A stretch of 38,993 nt of DNA from Raillietiella orientalis. Its lineage: Eukaryota. Below, in pieces: positions 1-12,719 of this stretch; position 1 is the stretch's first letter, and each line of letters begins with the position of its first letter. The stretch spans positions 62,001-100,993 of the forward strand of contig JAYWIR010000123.1 of assembly GCA_036172245.1 (NCBI GenBank), given 5' to 3'. Below the pieces are notes generated by a model. The model saw only the letters and a program-made list of their open reading frames with translations. It searched no databases and had not been told where the DNA came from. The position numbers were made by a program, and so were the translations under genes.

Positions 1-3000
1 TCTGAATCGTTGATCTGAGGGGAAACAGCGCGCTGTGATACGAATCGCTCGGCTGCTCATTTTGAGGGCTTCTTAGTTTTGTAGCTGCTGCTCTTCTTTG
101 TGCTTGAGTGACTTCGTGGTACTTCGGTTTTTTCATTTTTTCGTTTCTTTCTTTGCTTATCGAATTTATTCATTTTCACCTCGAGAATTCCGAGCAAGTG
201 TTTCATCTTGGGGAATGGAACTTCTTTTCTTACTATGTTTCAATTGTTCTGAGAGATTTGTTGCTCTTGTTCGTTTCTCTGCTCTCCCGGATACATCTCA
301 ATGTTATTTGGTTTCTTTTAATTCGTGTTTGCCGTTTACATCCCGTTGATCTTTTTGATGATTGCGAAGTAAGTCATGCTTTGGAAACTCGTTTTTTTTT
401 TTTGTCTGCAATAGTTCTTGTATTTTTTTCAATGTCTCTTTCTTGCGTGTGGTTTTTGTCGTTGCTGCTTTATTTTCTTGTCTTCACTGCGATGGTTTTC
501 TTAAATATTGAGTTTTTTAGGTTACTACTTTACTGGTTTTCCATTCGGCAGTAGTTTCTACAGATGTTCCTGCAACCAACTTTACTTCGGCGCCAGAAAG
601 ATCTTTAACCGATTTGCTTGATTTTCGTCAGTTTCAGGGATCTTGTGATTTGTTCTTCGACAAGACGGCTGGAAATTGCCAAATGTCTTATGGTTCCGAG
701 GTTTCTCTGCGTAGCGCGTGTGAGACTAGTATTTTTGTGAGTAAATTTCTGCATTTTGCTAAACGTTAAATGTATTTCAGGTAACGGGTCCCTCTGAAAG
801 AGAGAACATCATTTTCTTTCTCCATGGATTGTCGAATAGTTGCTACCTTCGTTATCCTTCTAGCACGCAGTGGTATGTCCTTCTCTCGTGTGGATTTGAT
901 GATGTGTGTATGGATGCTGAACCTCGGTATTCTTTCAGGCAATTGCTGCCGATTCCTTGAATTTGTGGGAGGGATGTATTGGTTTCGAAATATGATGAAT
1001 GGATGCTTTTGCATGGACGAGTTCTGAGGAATGTGTAAAACTATAGGGTTTTAAATCATTCGGCTAGTATGTGTCATCAAGTAACGATCTGTAAACACCG
1101 AACAGGATTCGCTCTGTGAATTGTCATCTCTGCTTATTTCACATCTGAAACAACAGAACGTAGTATCTACCTCGAAGTAGTAGGCTTTGATTTCTCGTTG
1201 TTCATCTTTGCGTGGATTATTTTTGCAGCCATTTTCTTGTTTACCGCCTGTTGCATTCTAGGCTGTTCCCAGGAGAGAATGTTGGATCAGTGCCTTGCAC
1301 TTTGCACTGCGACCCTGTTCGACAACCATCAGTTTTGGTTGACATAAGGAGCATATGATTTGGATGGTCATGGCAGACTCGGAATTTCTGAGAATAAAGT
1401 TTCCTAGTGCAGTTGTGCAGTTTGTTTCGCGAATTGATGTTCAGCAAACCGGTGTTCACTAAAAGATGGTGGGTACATGAAAGGGCTCGTTAGGAACAGG
1501 AATGTAGGCAAGCTCAAAGCTCGTCTGCCTTCTGCAGCAGCGTGTTCTCTTGAGGCCGCAAGGAGGGGAGTTCGGCACTTTCTATCAAAAGCTTCACATG
1601 AAAAATTAACCCAATACTACTCATTTAACGCACATGGAAATTGTTGCTCCCCATGAGGATTGATTTCAAATCATGGAACATTCTTTATGGAGTAAAGATT
1701 TTCAAACACACAGCATTTTTTGGAAACCAAATGTTTTTAGCAGCCTTAAAAATGTTGATGATTTCATTCTATGAACGGCGAGGTTCCAGATCATCAAGTT
1801 ATTTTTTCTGAATGATGTTTGAATGAAGAATTCATATCATAAAATCAAATCTGCAAAAGGCTCTCATAGAAGCAGATCTTGGTTACGTGATCAACGATTG
1901 TGTATGACGATGTTCATTTCAAGCACATGGAATTTGGTCTTTTTGACAACCTCGACAGAGGGACTGCTTTGTTCTTCATCACTGTATCTATCGGCTTTTT
2001 CAGTGACTAGAAGTGAAAATCGATTGTGGAGATTTTTTCCTTTGAGAATCATCTATTCATTAGTTTAGGAGACTTCATGATTTTTCTTCGCACATGGACA
2101 GTTCGATCTCAACCAGAGTTGAATTTAAATATTCCGCAGTCACTTTCGTAACGATAAGAAGAATGCATTTCTTTTATCCGTTTCTGGTTAAAAATTACGT
2201 CTTCCGTGAATCTTATCAATGAGAAAAGAAAACTGAGTCCATCAACGCTACACCCTGATCTTAGCCAGGACCAGAAGCTGATGAGCTCATTTCCTATCGG
2301 TGGTACGTGTCTTACATTGATCTTTGTAAGCTCTAAGAAGGTACCCTTCATACCATTATCTCTTAGAACTGCGATCAACTTTTGTAAAATAGCTGTTTCC
2401 TATTCATTCTCATTTTTCATAGCATCCATATTGGCTTAAACTGCATGATGACTTCTTATCAAATTATTCTATTATCACATTTCTTAATATAAGACATATT
2501 CTAAAATCAACATTATCTGTTTTCTTTTCACGTACTTGCAAAGCTCTTAGTTTTTTTTTTCTTTCCCATGCATAACAGTTGTCAGTGGTTCTCAAGAATC
2601 AAAGAGCACAACAAATTTTCCAGCAACATTTTTAGGGATCGCGACGAGAATCTGTCAGTCAACGAACTGAACTCCATTGGCGTGCAAGAGGAAGACCCCG
2701 CCATCATGACCGTGAGGAGCATTGGTTACGTAAACATGCTGTGCAACAGTACGGCACTTGTGCAGCCCCAGCATGGCTACCCATTGTCCATCCGAGGCTA
2801 GGAAATCTTAGCCGCGACGGAGGGATATTCCTGGTGGACAATACCAAATTGAGAGTAAAATCCCTGTCTACGGATCTAAAAACGGGCTGGTGGAATTCGC
2901 CACGATACACACGCTTTCGATTATGTCGTGCATTCGAATGATGTTCTTGTGTGTCCTCAGCAGAACAGTTGAACCGCCGTCATCTGCCTACGTGGCTCCG

Positions 3001-6000
3001 GATAAAATACACAGTTCAGGTGGTTCATCTGTACAGCTAAGTTCGTTCTCCTATATATCGCATGCAAGCTTTGCGTATGCGTGTAGTGCGGGTAAGAGGA
3101 GCCCCGTCTCAAAAATGCACCTCTGGATTTCTATCATCTTGTTCCTTGCCAGTCCCATTTCCTTTTTCAGAGTCTGCCATCTTGTTGCTTCTTGAGACAG
3201 GTCCAGTCGTGAAGATCCGTGTCCACGTCACCCTATTCTTTCCAAATCTCTTCTGTTTGGTTGCCCGTAAAGTATTCTATCCTGGAAATACTTCGCCTTT
3301 CTCCGTAGTAGAACACCCGGAGGTCATCTTGGATGTCTGGAGGCAGCTCACTCCTCCCGAACGTCGTTTTAAACGCTAAGGTATTGACGGAGTCGTTTCC
3401 GTAGCGATTGGGAACTTTCTGGAGAGCATCGGTGTCTCGATCGTCTTCACGTTTGACATGATGAAGGTGTTTCTTGTTCATCCTGGACCACGCGTTGTTC
3501 CTGTCGCTTTTTTACAATTCGCGTATGCTGTAAAATCCTTTCCCCCACCATCTCGATGTACTTAAGCACGCGATAGTGATGATGGTAGCCATCGCGTCTC
3601 CGTTGATCAAATTTTCTCAAGGTAAATCCAGGCCACTGTCACATCCAGCTTCTCGTGTTACTAGGAATGGGGAGCTGCCAGGGAATTACAAAGATGAATT
3701 TTAGCTTCCAGAGTTCCTTGCTTCGATACAGGAACTCTAGTTGGTGCTTCTGCTCCAGCGCGTATTTCTATCTCTGTGTCGCGTCGATAATGATCCATCC
3801 TCTTTCTCGTCTGATTTGAGTCGTAGTCAGGCTCTAGGCTTGTTCAACAACGAGAAAGCTCTGTGAGATGCTCATAGACAGTCCTCGCATTTAACTGTGG
3901 TGTTCAGGGCTAACTAGGTGGTGAATCCAACAACTCAAACGGAAAACTTCCTCTATTCCATTTTCTCAACTACTGAAAAGAGGAAAACAAATGTAAGGCT
4001 GTGTATATAAATGGAGTAAAAGAAGCCTCTTTAAAAGTGTTCTTACGAGTATGCTGAGCGGTCCAGTTCTCCCGATATCTTCAGCACCATCTCGTGATAG
4101 GTAGGTGTCGAACACCTGATTGTCGGTGAAGCCCAGCCATGGTCTTCATCGTCGTAACGGCTGTACTCGATGATGGTAGACTGACCCCACTTGAATTGTC
4201 CGACATTTAGCCTCCGGCTACCATTCGACCGGAGCAATGAGCAGCGGCATGGTTTCACTCAAGGGTTGTTTCAGATCTTTGTCAACCACTCGGTTCCGGT
4301 TTGCCAATTATCGTTTTATCCTCGGCGTAACATTTACCTTTAAAAAACATGGAAACTCCTTTATAATTGACGTTGCAAGACTTGCACATTCAAACGCAAG
4401 GAAAACGTGTTCACGGATGCAGGGAAAAAGGAAGAAGGAAAGTATCCAATTCTAATCCACACCATCAAGCAGTACGGCAAAGCTGCCATCGTTCAAGCTC
4501 TCATCCTGTAATCCTTAGGATCGTGCGATCCCAAGAAATAGAGCGCATTACGACTACTAGGAATTAAAGAGAACAACGGAAAAAACTTGAGGAAGCTATG
4601 TGTTTCCTGCTGCATTAGGGCAAGCAGGGATATTTAATGGAATCACGGACTGTTCATCCACCTGACGATGAGGGCGACCCCATGCTTTACATTATAGAGC
4701 GACCACAATCCCAAGACCAGTCATTACGAAGTAAACATCAGATCGTCAATCATATTCGAAATGCTGGAACAGCAGGCAGAGCCAGCGGGAACGTTTTTGC
4801 AGTTGTTACCAAATTTAATTCAATAAAAAAAGATTGTTATCCATTAGGTAACTTCAGTCAGATCACCACCTATTGGCATGAGTTTCTTCCTGTTTCCGTA
4901 AAGAATAAGGGTAATCGCTCTTCGCGGATGCACACTGTCAGTTGGTAGAATAGTCGGAGGAAGGCGTTAACAAATCGCTGTTAGTAAGGGTTGGGCACAC
5001 TATCAGAGCTCGCAGTCGCATTTTTGCAAAGTTCCACGGAAGGAGATAGAACTTCTACAGCGGAGATTTTTTCGCCGAGCAATCTCATTTGATGTTCCTT
5101 AATTCATCGGCTCAGGTGGCGAAAAAGGAAGAAAAATACACAAAAAAAACAAGAAAAACGCCTAGGGGACATTGTTTATGGGAAGGGAAATGATGACTGT
5201 GCGTCGAGGGGAGGCCTCTGCATCTGGTTCCGGATGCGAACAAGTGCTGGCGAAATTTTCCTTAGCCGGCGCCAACGGGAAGCCTTCTCCATGGAGATGA
5301 CCACCCAGTGGATGGCATTCCGACTGCTGTGGCCTCTTATCGACGCGTTCCACTTGTCCAATATTCCTTGTATGCAGCCGAGAACTGCAACATATGCGGC
5401 ACCTGGTAGGGAGTTCTGCATCAAGAGCCAAAGGAAAATGTTTTAGGGTCGCTCACCGCAACATTTATGGCCGAAGAGAGTCGATCCCACGTTCGGCGGA
5501 GGGCAACACATTCGATGAGTAAGTGGGGGAAGGTCTCCCTTTTCCCACACCCTGTACAATGAGCATCCAATCTCTCTAATGTCCAGTGAGACAGGCGTGC
5601 TCTGCTCAAAAGTGCCCAATGGAGCACAAGCAGCGCGGTCTTTTGCCAATCCAAAGGGAGGGTGCCACTGTCCCAAGACGCCGGGGGCCACTTCACCTCC
5701 TCCGGAGCCATGTCGAGCAGCTCGCCCCAGCACACAATTCCATTTGGCGGGACACTCGGGGCTGTAGCGTTCGCTAGTTCCCGGAACGTCCACGCCTTCA
5801 TTGGTTTTTTCCTGCCTCCGATGAGGCAGGACACTTCGAAACAAGCGTCCTCTTGGCTGTCCCTGACTTTTATAAGGAAGAGCAGGACGGGGACAAGGGG
5901 AGTGAATGCGGCCTACAAAAGCTTTTGTGGGTCTGATACGATCTCTCGGAGGGGCTGGCCAGCGTTCCTGCCTCGATGAAAGCGACGGAATTCCACCTCG

Positions 6001-6342
6001 CTGGAGCCGCTGATTCTTGCTCACGCGGAAACGGACTCTTGGAGCCAGATAGTCCAGTTTGCGGGGATACAGGAGATCTACGGGTTTCTCCTCACAAGGG
6101 CCACCAATTCCCGTAGCTGCGAATCACAATGGTACAATCTACCGTCGTTGGCTACGAGGACTGCAGTCAGTCCATCGCAGCCGGTTGCCCTATGAGCGAG
6201 GAGTCGTATGGGCGCACACCATGGTGCTGTCCAATATTTTGCCGCAAAGGCAAGTTTTCTTAGTTGGAGCTGAGGCTCCATGCGCTCCAACGTCAGGAGA
6301 CCAAGTCCACCGTCCCTCCGTGGAGCGCACATATCTTTTAGT

Positions 6343-6628
6343 TTGTCACCCGGATATGCCGGGCATTCATTAATCTAATCCTTACAGAATCAGTTAATAA
6401 ATTCTTTCAAAAGTTTGTTGTGGGGAAACACTTGGTTTTCCAAGCTTGGTTGACGTGTCGGTTGCCGGTGCATATGCCGGTTAGGTCCATTACCGAGGCG
6501 CAAACAACCGAGGGAAAACTAGAACAAACAGAAACAAAAAGAGAAATAACGGGGAGCAAAACAGTTATATAAGAGAGTGGAGGGGGCAGGGCAGGGATCA
6601 CTGGGCGCCTGGGTCGCTCCTCTACATC
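6343..6628 (-). mobile_element. 286-bp 5'-truncated LINE copy (last ORF2 codons plus complete 3' UTR) with 13-bp TSD
   Basis: CATATCTTTTAGT is duplicated at 6330-6342 and 6629-6641. Removing the insert restores RVRLKDMCAPRRDGG. Insert has TGATCCCTGCCC, a U-rich tract and the terminal CCCGGCATATCCGGGTGACAA. Confidence 0.92.
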
Positions 6629-7236
6629 CATATCTTTTAGTCGGACGCGGGACCTCTGGTTTCCCCAAAGGGCTTTCCTGATGAAACCCCTTCTCCGTGT
6701 CCTAATTTGGGGAGGGAGGCGCACACAAAAAGTAGAGGGTGAAGGAGAGGTCCACAAAGGCGTTCCACAGCGCGGCCCGTAACCACAAGTAGAACTTGCC
6801 GTCCCTGAACGGGCCGATCGCCAACTGCACCTTTGGAGATGGTCAGACCAGGCTTCTGCAGCGCAGAAGTCCCCAAACGGCACGCCAGGGTACTTGATGT
6901 ACCTGCCCGTGGGGATCCCCGAGCGGATCCAGTCCGGCCCTCCTGCCCGCGACGAGTCAAAAAAGATGATCGGCCATTTCGTCCTGTTCACCTCGAGGCA
7001 TGTCCCGCGGCGCAGCAACTCGACGGATTCTTCGAGCGCCGATGCCTGGGAGGACGCGGCTAGAAGGAGTAGAAGGTCAACCGCATAGGCCGACACGGCA
7101 GGCGTGCCGGAACACGAGCTGGGCACAGTTGCCAAAGTCTAACTGTATGATCTAAGAACAACTCAAAGTAGATGCTGAAGAGTAGGGGGCTGGGGCTGTC
7201 TCCCTGCCGGATGCCGCGACCAACAGCCACGTCGTG

Positions 7237-7330
7237 GTTCTTCGAGCTTGGCTGCAGTATCGCTGCAGCCACTGACATTTTATTGTGGAGTTTATTTTTA
7301 AATAAACGTCCTGGAGAAATCCGGGTTAAA
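7237..7330 (+). mobile_element. ~94-bp extreme 3' end of a LINE, inserted antisense into the RT of S1 at the RKSFD codons, with an adjacent host deletion
   Basis: Hairpin TGGCTGCAG-TATCG-CTGCAGCCA (7249-7271), AATAAA at 7301, then CCTGG-AGAAAT-CCGGG-TTAAA. Immediately followed by ATCGAAAGATTTACG (antisense of RKSFD). Host RT between KSFD and HDVAVGRG is missing. Confidence 0.8.
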
Positions 7331-7371
7331 ATCGAAAGATTTACGCATATCGACTGCGATCGCAAAGACTC

Positions 7372-8356
7372 ATTTTTTGGCATTCCTTGCCGACACCACG
7401 CGCACAGGTGCTTGTGGGCACACCTTCTGCGTGTGCCCCATTGTCCCGCATACCTGGTACTGTACGTTGGGGCACCTCCTATTGAGGTGTCCCGACGTGT
7501 TGCAGAAGCCACAGTATTTGAGCTTCCCCACGTACCAGAGGTCGACGCTTTCTCCGCCGACCACCAGTTTGTGGGGAAGGGTAGAGCCCTTCTGAACGGT
7601 TACACGGGCAGCCGTGAGTCCGCACTGAACTGTGATATAGTCCTCGAAAGGACTAGGCTTGGTCCATACTGCATGTACCGTGCCTTCTTTTCCCAATGCG
7701 GCGCGTAATTGTTCATTCCGCATCCGCGCGGTAACTCCTAAAAGGTGGACCACCATACTGTGGTCCTCCTTAATACGAAGGAGCCTGCGTGTCCCCAACA
7801 CCACGGGGCTTTTGAGAAGACGTTGGGCAGATCTGCGTGTTTGCAGATCACCTCTACGTACTGCCCCCCGCTAGGAATGGTCTTAGCGCAGAGCTCCTCC
7901 TCTTTAACATCGAGAGCGCGCATCCCCTTCGAATAGGCGCGCGCACTCTCAGAAGAATACAAATTTCCTACCTTGTAGAATAGTGATGGGTTATACCGCT
8001 CTTCTACATAGGCAGATAATTCCGCCGCGGCTACAGGCGATGCCGCCGACACGATGGCGCTCCACGCCCGCGCTGCAGCGGGGACCGGTTGTGTGGGGGC
8101 GGACGCCCCCACCTCCTTCGCCACTGAAGGCGACGTTGCCGCCGCCCCCTGGCACTCCAACTTTTCTAGAGGCGACGTTGCCGCCGCCACCTGGCACTCC
8201 ATTTCTTCAGGAGGCGACGTTGCCACCGCCCCCTGACACGCATTGGTGGTAGTGTCAGGCATTGCTGCCCAATCGACCACCACTACACACGAAGCCTACA
8301 CCTAGGGACAATTCCCGGCACGAGGAGCACCGAGAAAACACGTCCGCTCTAACCGA
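7372..8356 (-). mobile_element. Element G: 5' UTR plus ORF1 (frameshifted, ATG ~8262, truncated after the CCHC knuckles)
   Basis: MPDTTT..., ARAWSAIV, SGGQYVEVICK, LPHKLVVGGESVDLWYVGKLKYCGFCNTSGHLNRRC. 5' motif AGAGCGGACGTGTTTTCTCG at 8331-8350. 5' end abuts the RKAFD codons of element F. Confidence 0.9.
8128..8238 (-). repeat. 42-bp coding tandem repeat (~2.6 copies; CQGAxATSPxEEME) in the ORF1 N-terminus of G
   Basis: GGCGACGTTGCC recurs at 8129, 8171 and 8213. Confidence 0.9.
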
Positions 8357-10521
8357 CGTAAAGCCTTCGATTGCGTCTACTAGGAGCTCCTCCTGGAGAT
8401 CCTCGAACGCTTGGAATTTCCGGCCGTCTTCCTGGCATACCTGCGCTCCTGCTGGCGCTTCGCGTTCATCAATATTAATTTCAGCGGCCGGCACGTGTTG
8501 GACGTGCCGGTTGGTCGTGGCATCCGGCAGGGTGACAGCCTCAGCCCCCTGCTCTTCAGCATCTACTTTGAGGTGGTGCTGAGAGCATACAGGGAAACTT
8601 TAGCATCCCTAGCGAGCTCATGTCCTGACACGCCTGACGTGTCGACCTATGCCGGCGACCTGCTGCTTCTGCTGCCCGGATCCACTCCGGCATCGTAGCT
8701 TGAAGATTTTTTTGAGTTGCTGAACCGCAGGACGGGCTTCGAGGTAAGAAGGGCGAAGTCGTCCATCATTTATTCGGACTCGTCGCGGGCAGGACGATCG
8801 GACTGCATCCGCTTGGGGATCCCCAGGGACGGTTACTTAAAGAATCTGGGCGTTCCGTTGGGGGACTTCTGCGCTGCAGAAGCCTGGTCCGACCGTCTCC
8901 AAAAGGTGGAGTTGGCGATCGGCCTGTTCCGGAACGGCAAGTTTTACTTGCAGGAACGGGCCACGGTATGGAACGCTTTTGCGGCCAACTTTCTCCGCCC
9001 TTTACTTTTCGTATGCCCCATACCTCCACAAATTCGTAAAAGGACAAGGGGCCTCATTAGAAAAGCCTTCAAGGGCAATCGGAGGCTTCACGTACGTCTT
9101 GAAGATCTGTGCGCTCAGCGCAGGGACGGTGGTCTGGGTCTCCTGACGCAGGAGCGCATGGAGCGACAGCTGCAATTCCGTAAACTTGCCCTTGTGGCAA
9201 AGTACTGGACCGCACCCTGGTATGCACCTTCAAGACTTCTGGCTCACAGGGCATCCGGCTGCCATGGATTGACCTCAATCCTAGTAGCCAACGACCGCAG
9301 ACTTAATCACTGTGGTTTTCAGCTGCGGGACTTGGTTGCCCTGTTCAGAGACAATCCGTGGATCTCCTGCAACCCTGCTGACTGGACAACCTGGCTCCAG
9401 GAATCCGTTCCCGCATGTGCTAAAATCAACGGCCCCAGCGATGAGGACTTCTCCTGCCTCCGTAGAGGCAGGCACGCTCGTCAGCCACTGCTGGAGATCG
9501 TCAGCAACCCACGGAAGCTTCTGTGGGCCTCCTTTACCCCCTTTGCTCCAGTGCTGCCCTCCCTCAGGGAAGTTCGGAACAGCCAGCAGGAGGCATCGTG
9601 GGAAGTGTCCTGCCTCATCGGAGGTAGGAAAAAATTATTGAAGGCCCGGACGTCCCAGGAAGTAGCGGCCGCTAGTACTCCAATTGTCTTGCCGAATGGA
9701 CTTACACGCTGAGGCGCGCTGCTCGAAGTACCTCCGGAGGAGGTGAAGTGTCCTGCGGCGTCGTGAGATAACAACACCCTTCCCCTGCAGTGGCAGGAGA
9801 CGGCGTTGCTTCTGCTCCATTGGGGACTTTTAAGCAGAGCGCGCTTGTCTCACTGGACATCGGGGAGTGTGAATGCTAAGTGCACAGACTGTGGGGAAAG
9901 AGATACCTTTTCTCACTTGATCATTGAGTGCGTTCTTCTTTGCGATATGTGGGACCGACTCTCGTTGATCTTGAACATTCCGCGGGGCGACCCGAAGAAC
10001 ATCTTTCGACTCCTGATGCGGGACGCCTTGCCAGCTTCCAAGTGTGTAGCAGTGCTCTGTTGCATACGCGGAATACTGGAGAAGTGGACCGCGTCAAGGA
10101 GAGGACATGCCAATCTGAATGTCATCCACTGGGCAACCATCTCCTTGAAGAAGGCCTGCCGTTGGCGCCGACTTGGAAAACATTTACAGGCACTCGTCCG
10201 CATCCGTGACCGGATGCAGAGGCCTCCTCACGGCGTACCATGATTCCTTCCCTTCCCTCTTCCACCCGGAGAACATTACCCCCCAGGCATTTTCTTTTTT
10301 TGTTTGTTTACTTTTTTCCCGCCCCTTCGCTAGTGTGGAGGACCTTATCGGCCTTCGGGTCGGTAAGGACAAGTGCTTCAAGACAGTCGGGCCACGTTTC
10401 CAGACTGAAGAAAGGAAAAAAAAAAAAAAACACTTTATTTAACAAATTAAGACTTTATCATAGAATTTTTTCTAATTGCACAAATTTTAGTAATGCATGC
10501 CCCGACTCACCCGGGTGAAAA
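8357..10521 (+). mobile_element. Element F: ORF2 3' half (RT from RKAFD, zf-RVT), 3' UTR and terminus; degraded
   Basis: RKAFDCV, GRGIRQGDSLSP, TYAGDLLLLL, RRDGGLG, CTDCGERDTFSHLIIEC, stop at ~10243. Terminus CCCGACTCACCCGGGTGAAAA at 10501-10521. Confidence 0.9.
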
Positions 10522-10702
10522 ACCTGCGCTGGAGTAAAGTGCTCCTGGTCTTCTTCGTCCAGTAAGCAGGCATACTTGGATTGCTAGGCCTGCCTCTCTG
10601 CTCCAGCCTTGAACTCTGCCAGGCGACTGACGTTGGGCTTGTTAAAGAACGACGGGCGTGCGGATAGCTCCTGTCGTTCCTCACCCCATCCCCGAAGACC
10701 GG
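10522..10702 (-). pseudogene. Fragment M: EN-RT linker of an older minus-strand element, sandwiched between two antisense insertions
   Basis: Reverse complement translates (with a frameshift) as PVFGDGVRNDRSYPHARR..KPNVSRLAEFKAGAERQA*QS..LLDEEDQEHFTPAQ, homologous to GFGEGPRNERCYLQARR..RRLAEYRAGAERQAWQS in element A. Confidence 0.85.
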
Positions 10703-12719
10703 CCTCGAAAAACCTTTCACCACCGGCGAAATTCTTGCCGGTATCAGAAGGCTCAAGAGACGTAAGGCTCCAGGGGAGGACGGCTTGCCCGCGAAGTTCT
10801 TCCGGTGCTTCGCGGCAGAGCTGGCACTTCTGGTTCTCGAGTTGACAAGGCTAATCCGAGAAGAAGGCGATGTTCCCGCCACGTTTCGGTCAGCCAGGGT
10901 GAGGCTGATTTCGAAGGGAGCAGAACTCAGGAAACTTAGCAACTGGTGTCCGATCACGATTGTGAACACGGACGCCAAGTTGATTGCCGGGCTGTGACCG
11001 GGATAGGTGTCCAATTCCATGATTAGTCCGGAGAAGACCTACGCTGTTCCCGGGCGAAGTATGGAGGACAACCTCTTCTTCGCGAGCACATGGTGTCAAG
11101 TGCAGCGGACTGAGAAGGAAGTGAACGGGAAAATTTGCAACCCCAGTTTGGGACCGTCAGTAGGACAGGGAAGGGACATCCGGGCAGGGAAGAGGGCCCT
11201 AGTGATCGCGGTCGATCTCCAAAAGGCGTTCGACTGCGTGGACCAGGAGCTTCTGTTGGAGCTCCTGGGTCGTATGGGCCTCAAAACCACCTTGATAACC
11301 GACCTGCGCTCCTGCTGGCGACATGCGATTGTTACCGTCTCTTTTAGCAGTCAGAAGGTGTATAACTTGCTGGTGTGACGGGGCATAGGGCAGGGCGATA
11401 GTCTCAGTCCCCGGCTCTTTAGCACCTACTTTGAATTGGTGCTGAGAGCGTACAGGGCAACTGTGCCCCCTTGCTGAGCTCGTGCTTCGGCACGGCCGCC
11501 GTAGCAGCGTACGCCGACGATCTTCTACTCATGTTACCTATGTCCACCCCGGCGAAGGCGGTCGGGGATTTCTTCGATCTGCTTAGCCGCGGGACAGGAC
11601 TACAGGTGAACCAAGCGAAGACGACGGTGGTGCCAGTAGATGCGCCGTGGTCAGGTCAGCAGGATTGGGTCCGTTTGAAGATCCCCATGACGAGGTACGT
11701 CAAGTACCTTGGTGTGCCGTTTGCGGATTACTCCTCTGCGGAATAGTGGTCCGGCTGCCTCCGAAAAGTCGAGTCGGCAATCGGCCCGTTCCTGGAAGTC
11801 AAGTTTCACTTGCAGTTACGGGCCGTGGTTTGAAACTCCTTCACCGCCCCTATCCTCGGTCCCTTGCTTTTTGTTTGCCCCTTCCCCGTTGAAGTCAAGA
11901 AGAGGACGAAGGACTTCCTCTATATTGCCCTTTTGGGCAATGTGAATCCTTGAGTCCCTTTCAGGGACTTATGCGCTCCGCTTCGGGATGGTGGTCTTGG
12001 CCTCCTAAAGCTGGAGCGCTTGGAGGTACAGCTGCGATGGCGCACCCTCGCTATCGCAGCGAAGTCGTGGAGCACCTCTTCCTGCGTTCCGGCCTGCCTA
12101 CTCGCCAGGCGTGTGTGGAGGTACGAAGAACTCGCATCTTTTCTTCTGTTCCCTGGCCGGAAGATCAGAAGATGCGGCCTACTGCTCGGGCGCATGGGAA
12201 CCCTGGCAAAGAACAGCTGGATGGTTTGCAGCCCTGCCAAATTCTCCGCCTGGCTGGAGGAAACCGCTGGCACCTGGGCTGCTATTAACCTGCGGAGTGA
12301 TGAATCTTGCAAGCGCCTGCGCTGCAGCATATACGCTTGCCGCACTCTGGAAGAAATACTGGAGTTTCCCGCGAGCAACACTTGGGCCGATACGACACCC
12401 CTTGCTACGGCGATGCCCTTGCTGACGAAGGCGCTTCACGGCAGCCGGATGCGAAGGTTGCAATTCTCCTGCCGAATCGCAGGCAGGGAGAAGTTTATAA
12501 GCGGCTGGAAAACAGGAGAACTGGCGGACGCCACGACCACGAGCGTCCAGCCGCGTGGTATACTGAGAAGGGGCGAGCTGCTCGCCATCCCCAGGGATGA
12601 GGCGAAGTGGCCCCCGGCATGGAATGAATACAGGATCCTGACCCTTAAGTGGCAAGAGTCGATGCTGCTGCTGTTGCACTGGGGTTTACCCTGCAACGTG
12701 CGTCGCTTCCACTGGACGC
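10703..12719 (+). mobile_element. Element I: 5'-truncated B-family ORF2 (RT to start of zf region), degraded
   Basis: EKPFTTGEILAGI, KAPGEDG, DLQKAFD, AYADD, MSTPAKAVGDFFDLLSRGTG and GELADATTTSVQPRG closely match elements D and C. Confidence 0.9.

Larger units (their letters stand above)
5115..7371 (-). pseudogene. Degraded ORF2 3' half (RT from AVDMRKSFD through zf-RVT) plus partial 3' UTR (segment S1), interrupted by two short insertions
   Basis: Minus-strand frames give AIAVDMRKSFD (7331-7370), VGRGIRQGDSPSP, AYAVDLLLLL, KYPGVP, RVRLKD|MCAPRRDGGLG and CTGCGKRETFPHLLIEC. Multiple frameshifts. T-rich 3' UTR ends near 5115 without the terminal hairpin; left boundary approximate. Confidence 0.9.

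Noticed and set aside
98..554. Hydrophobic Phe/Leu-rich plus-strand ORFs resembling membrane proteins
   Set aside because: Explained by the T-rich strand composition; no recognisable domain.
6407..7135. 242-aa ORF with a hydrophobic C-terminus
   Set aside because: Chimera of frameshifted RT sequence read into the U-rich 3' UTR of the 286-bp insert.
8300..8350. TCCTCGT in G's 5' UTR resembling the L3 loop of an HDV-like ribozyme
   Set aside because: I could not build P1/P2 pairings, and the motif is not kept in H, A or B.
10406..10430. A-tract in F's 3' region as a true poly(A) tail
   Set aside because: It is not preceded by the conserved terminal module, which lies ~80 nt further on. It may mark a chimeric UTR, but I cannot support that.
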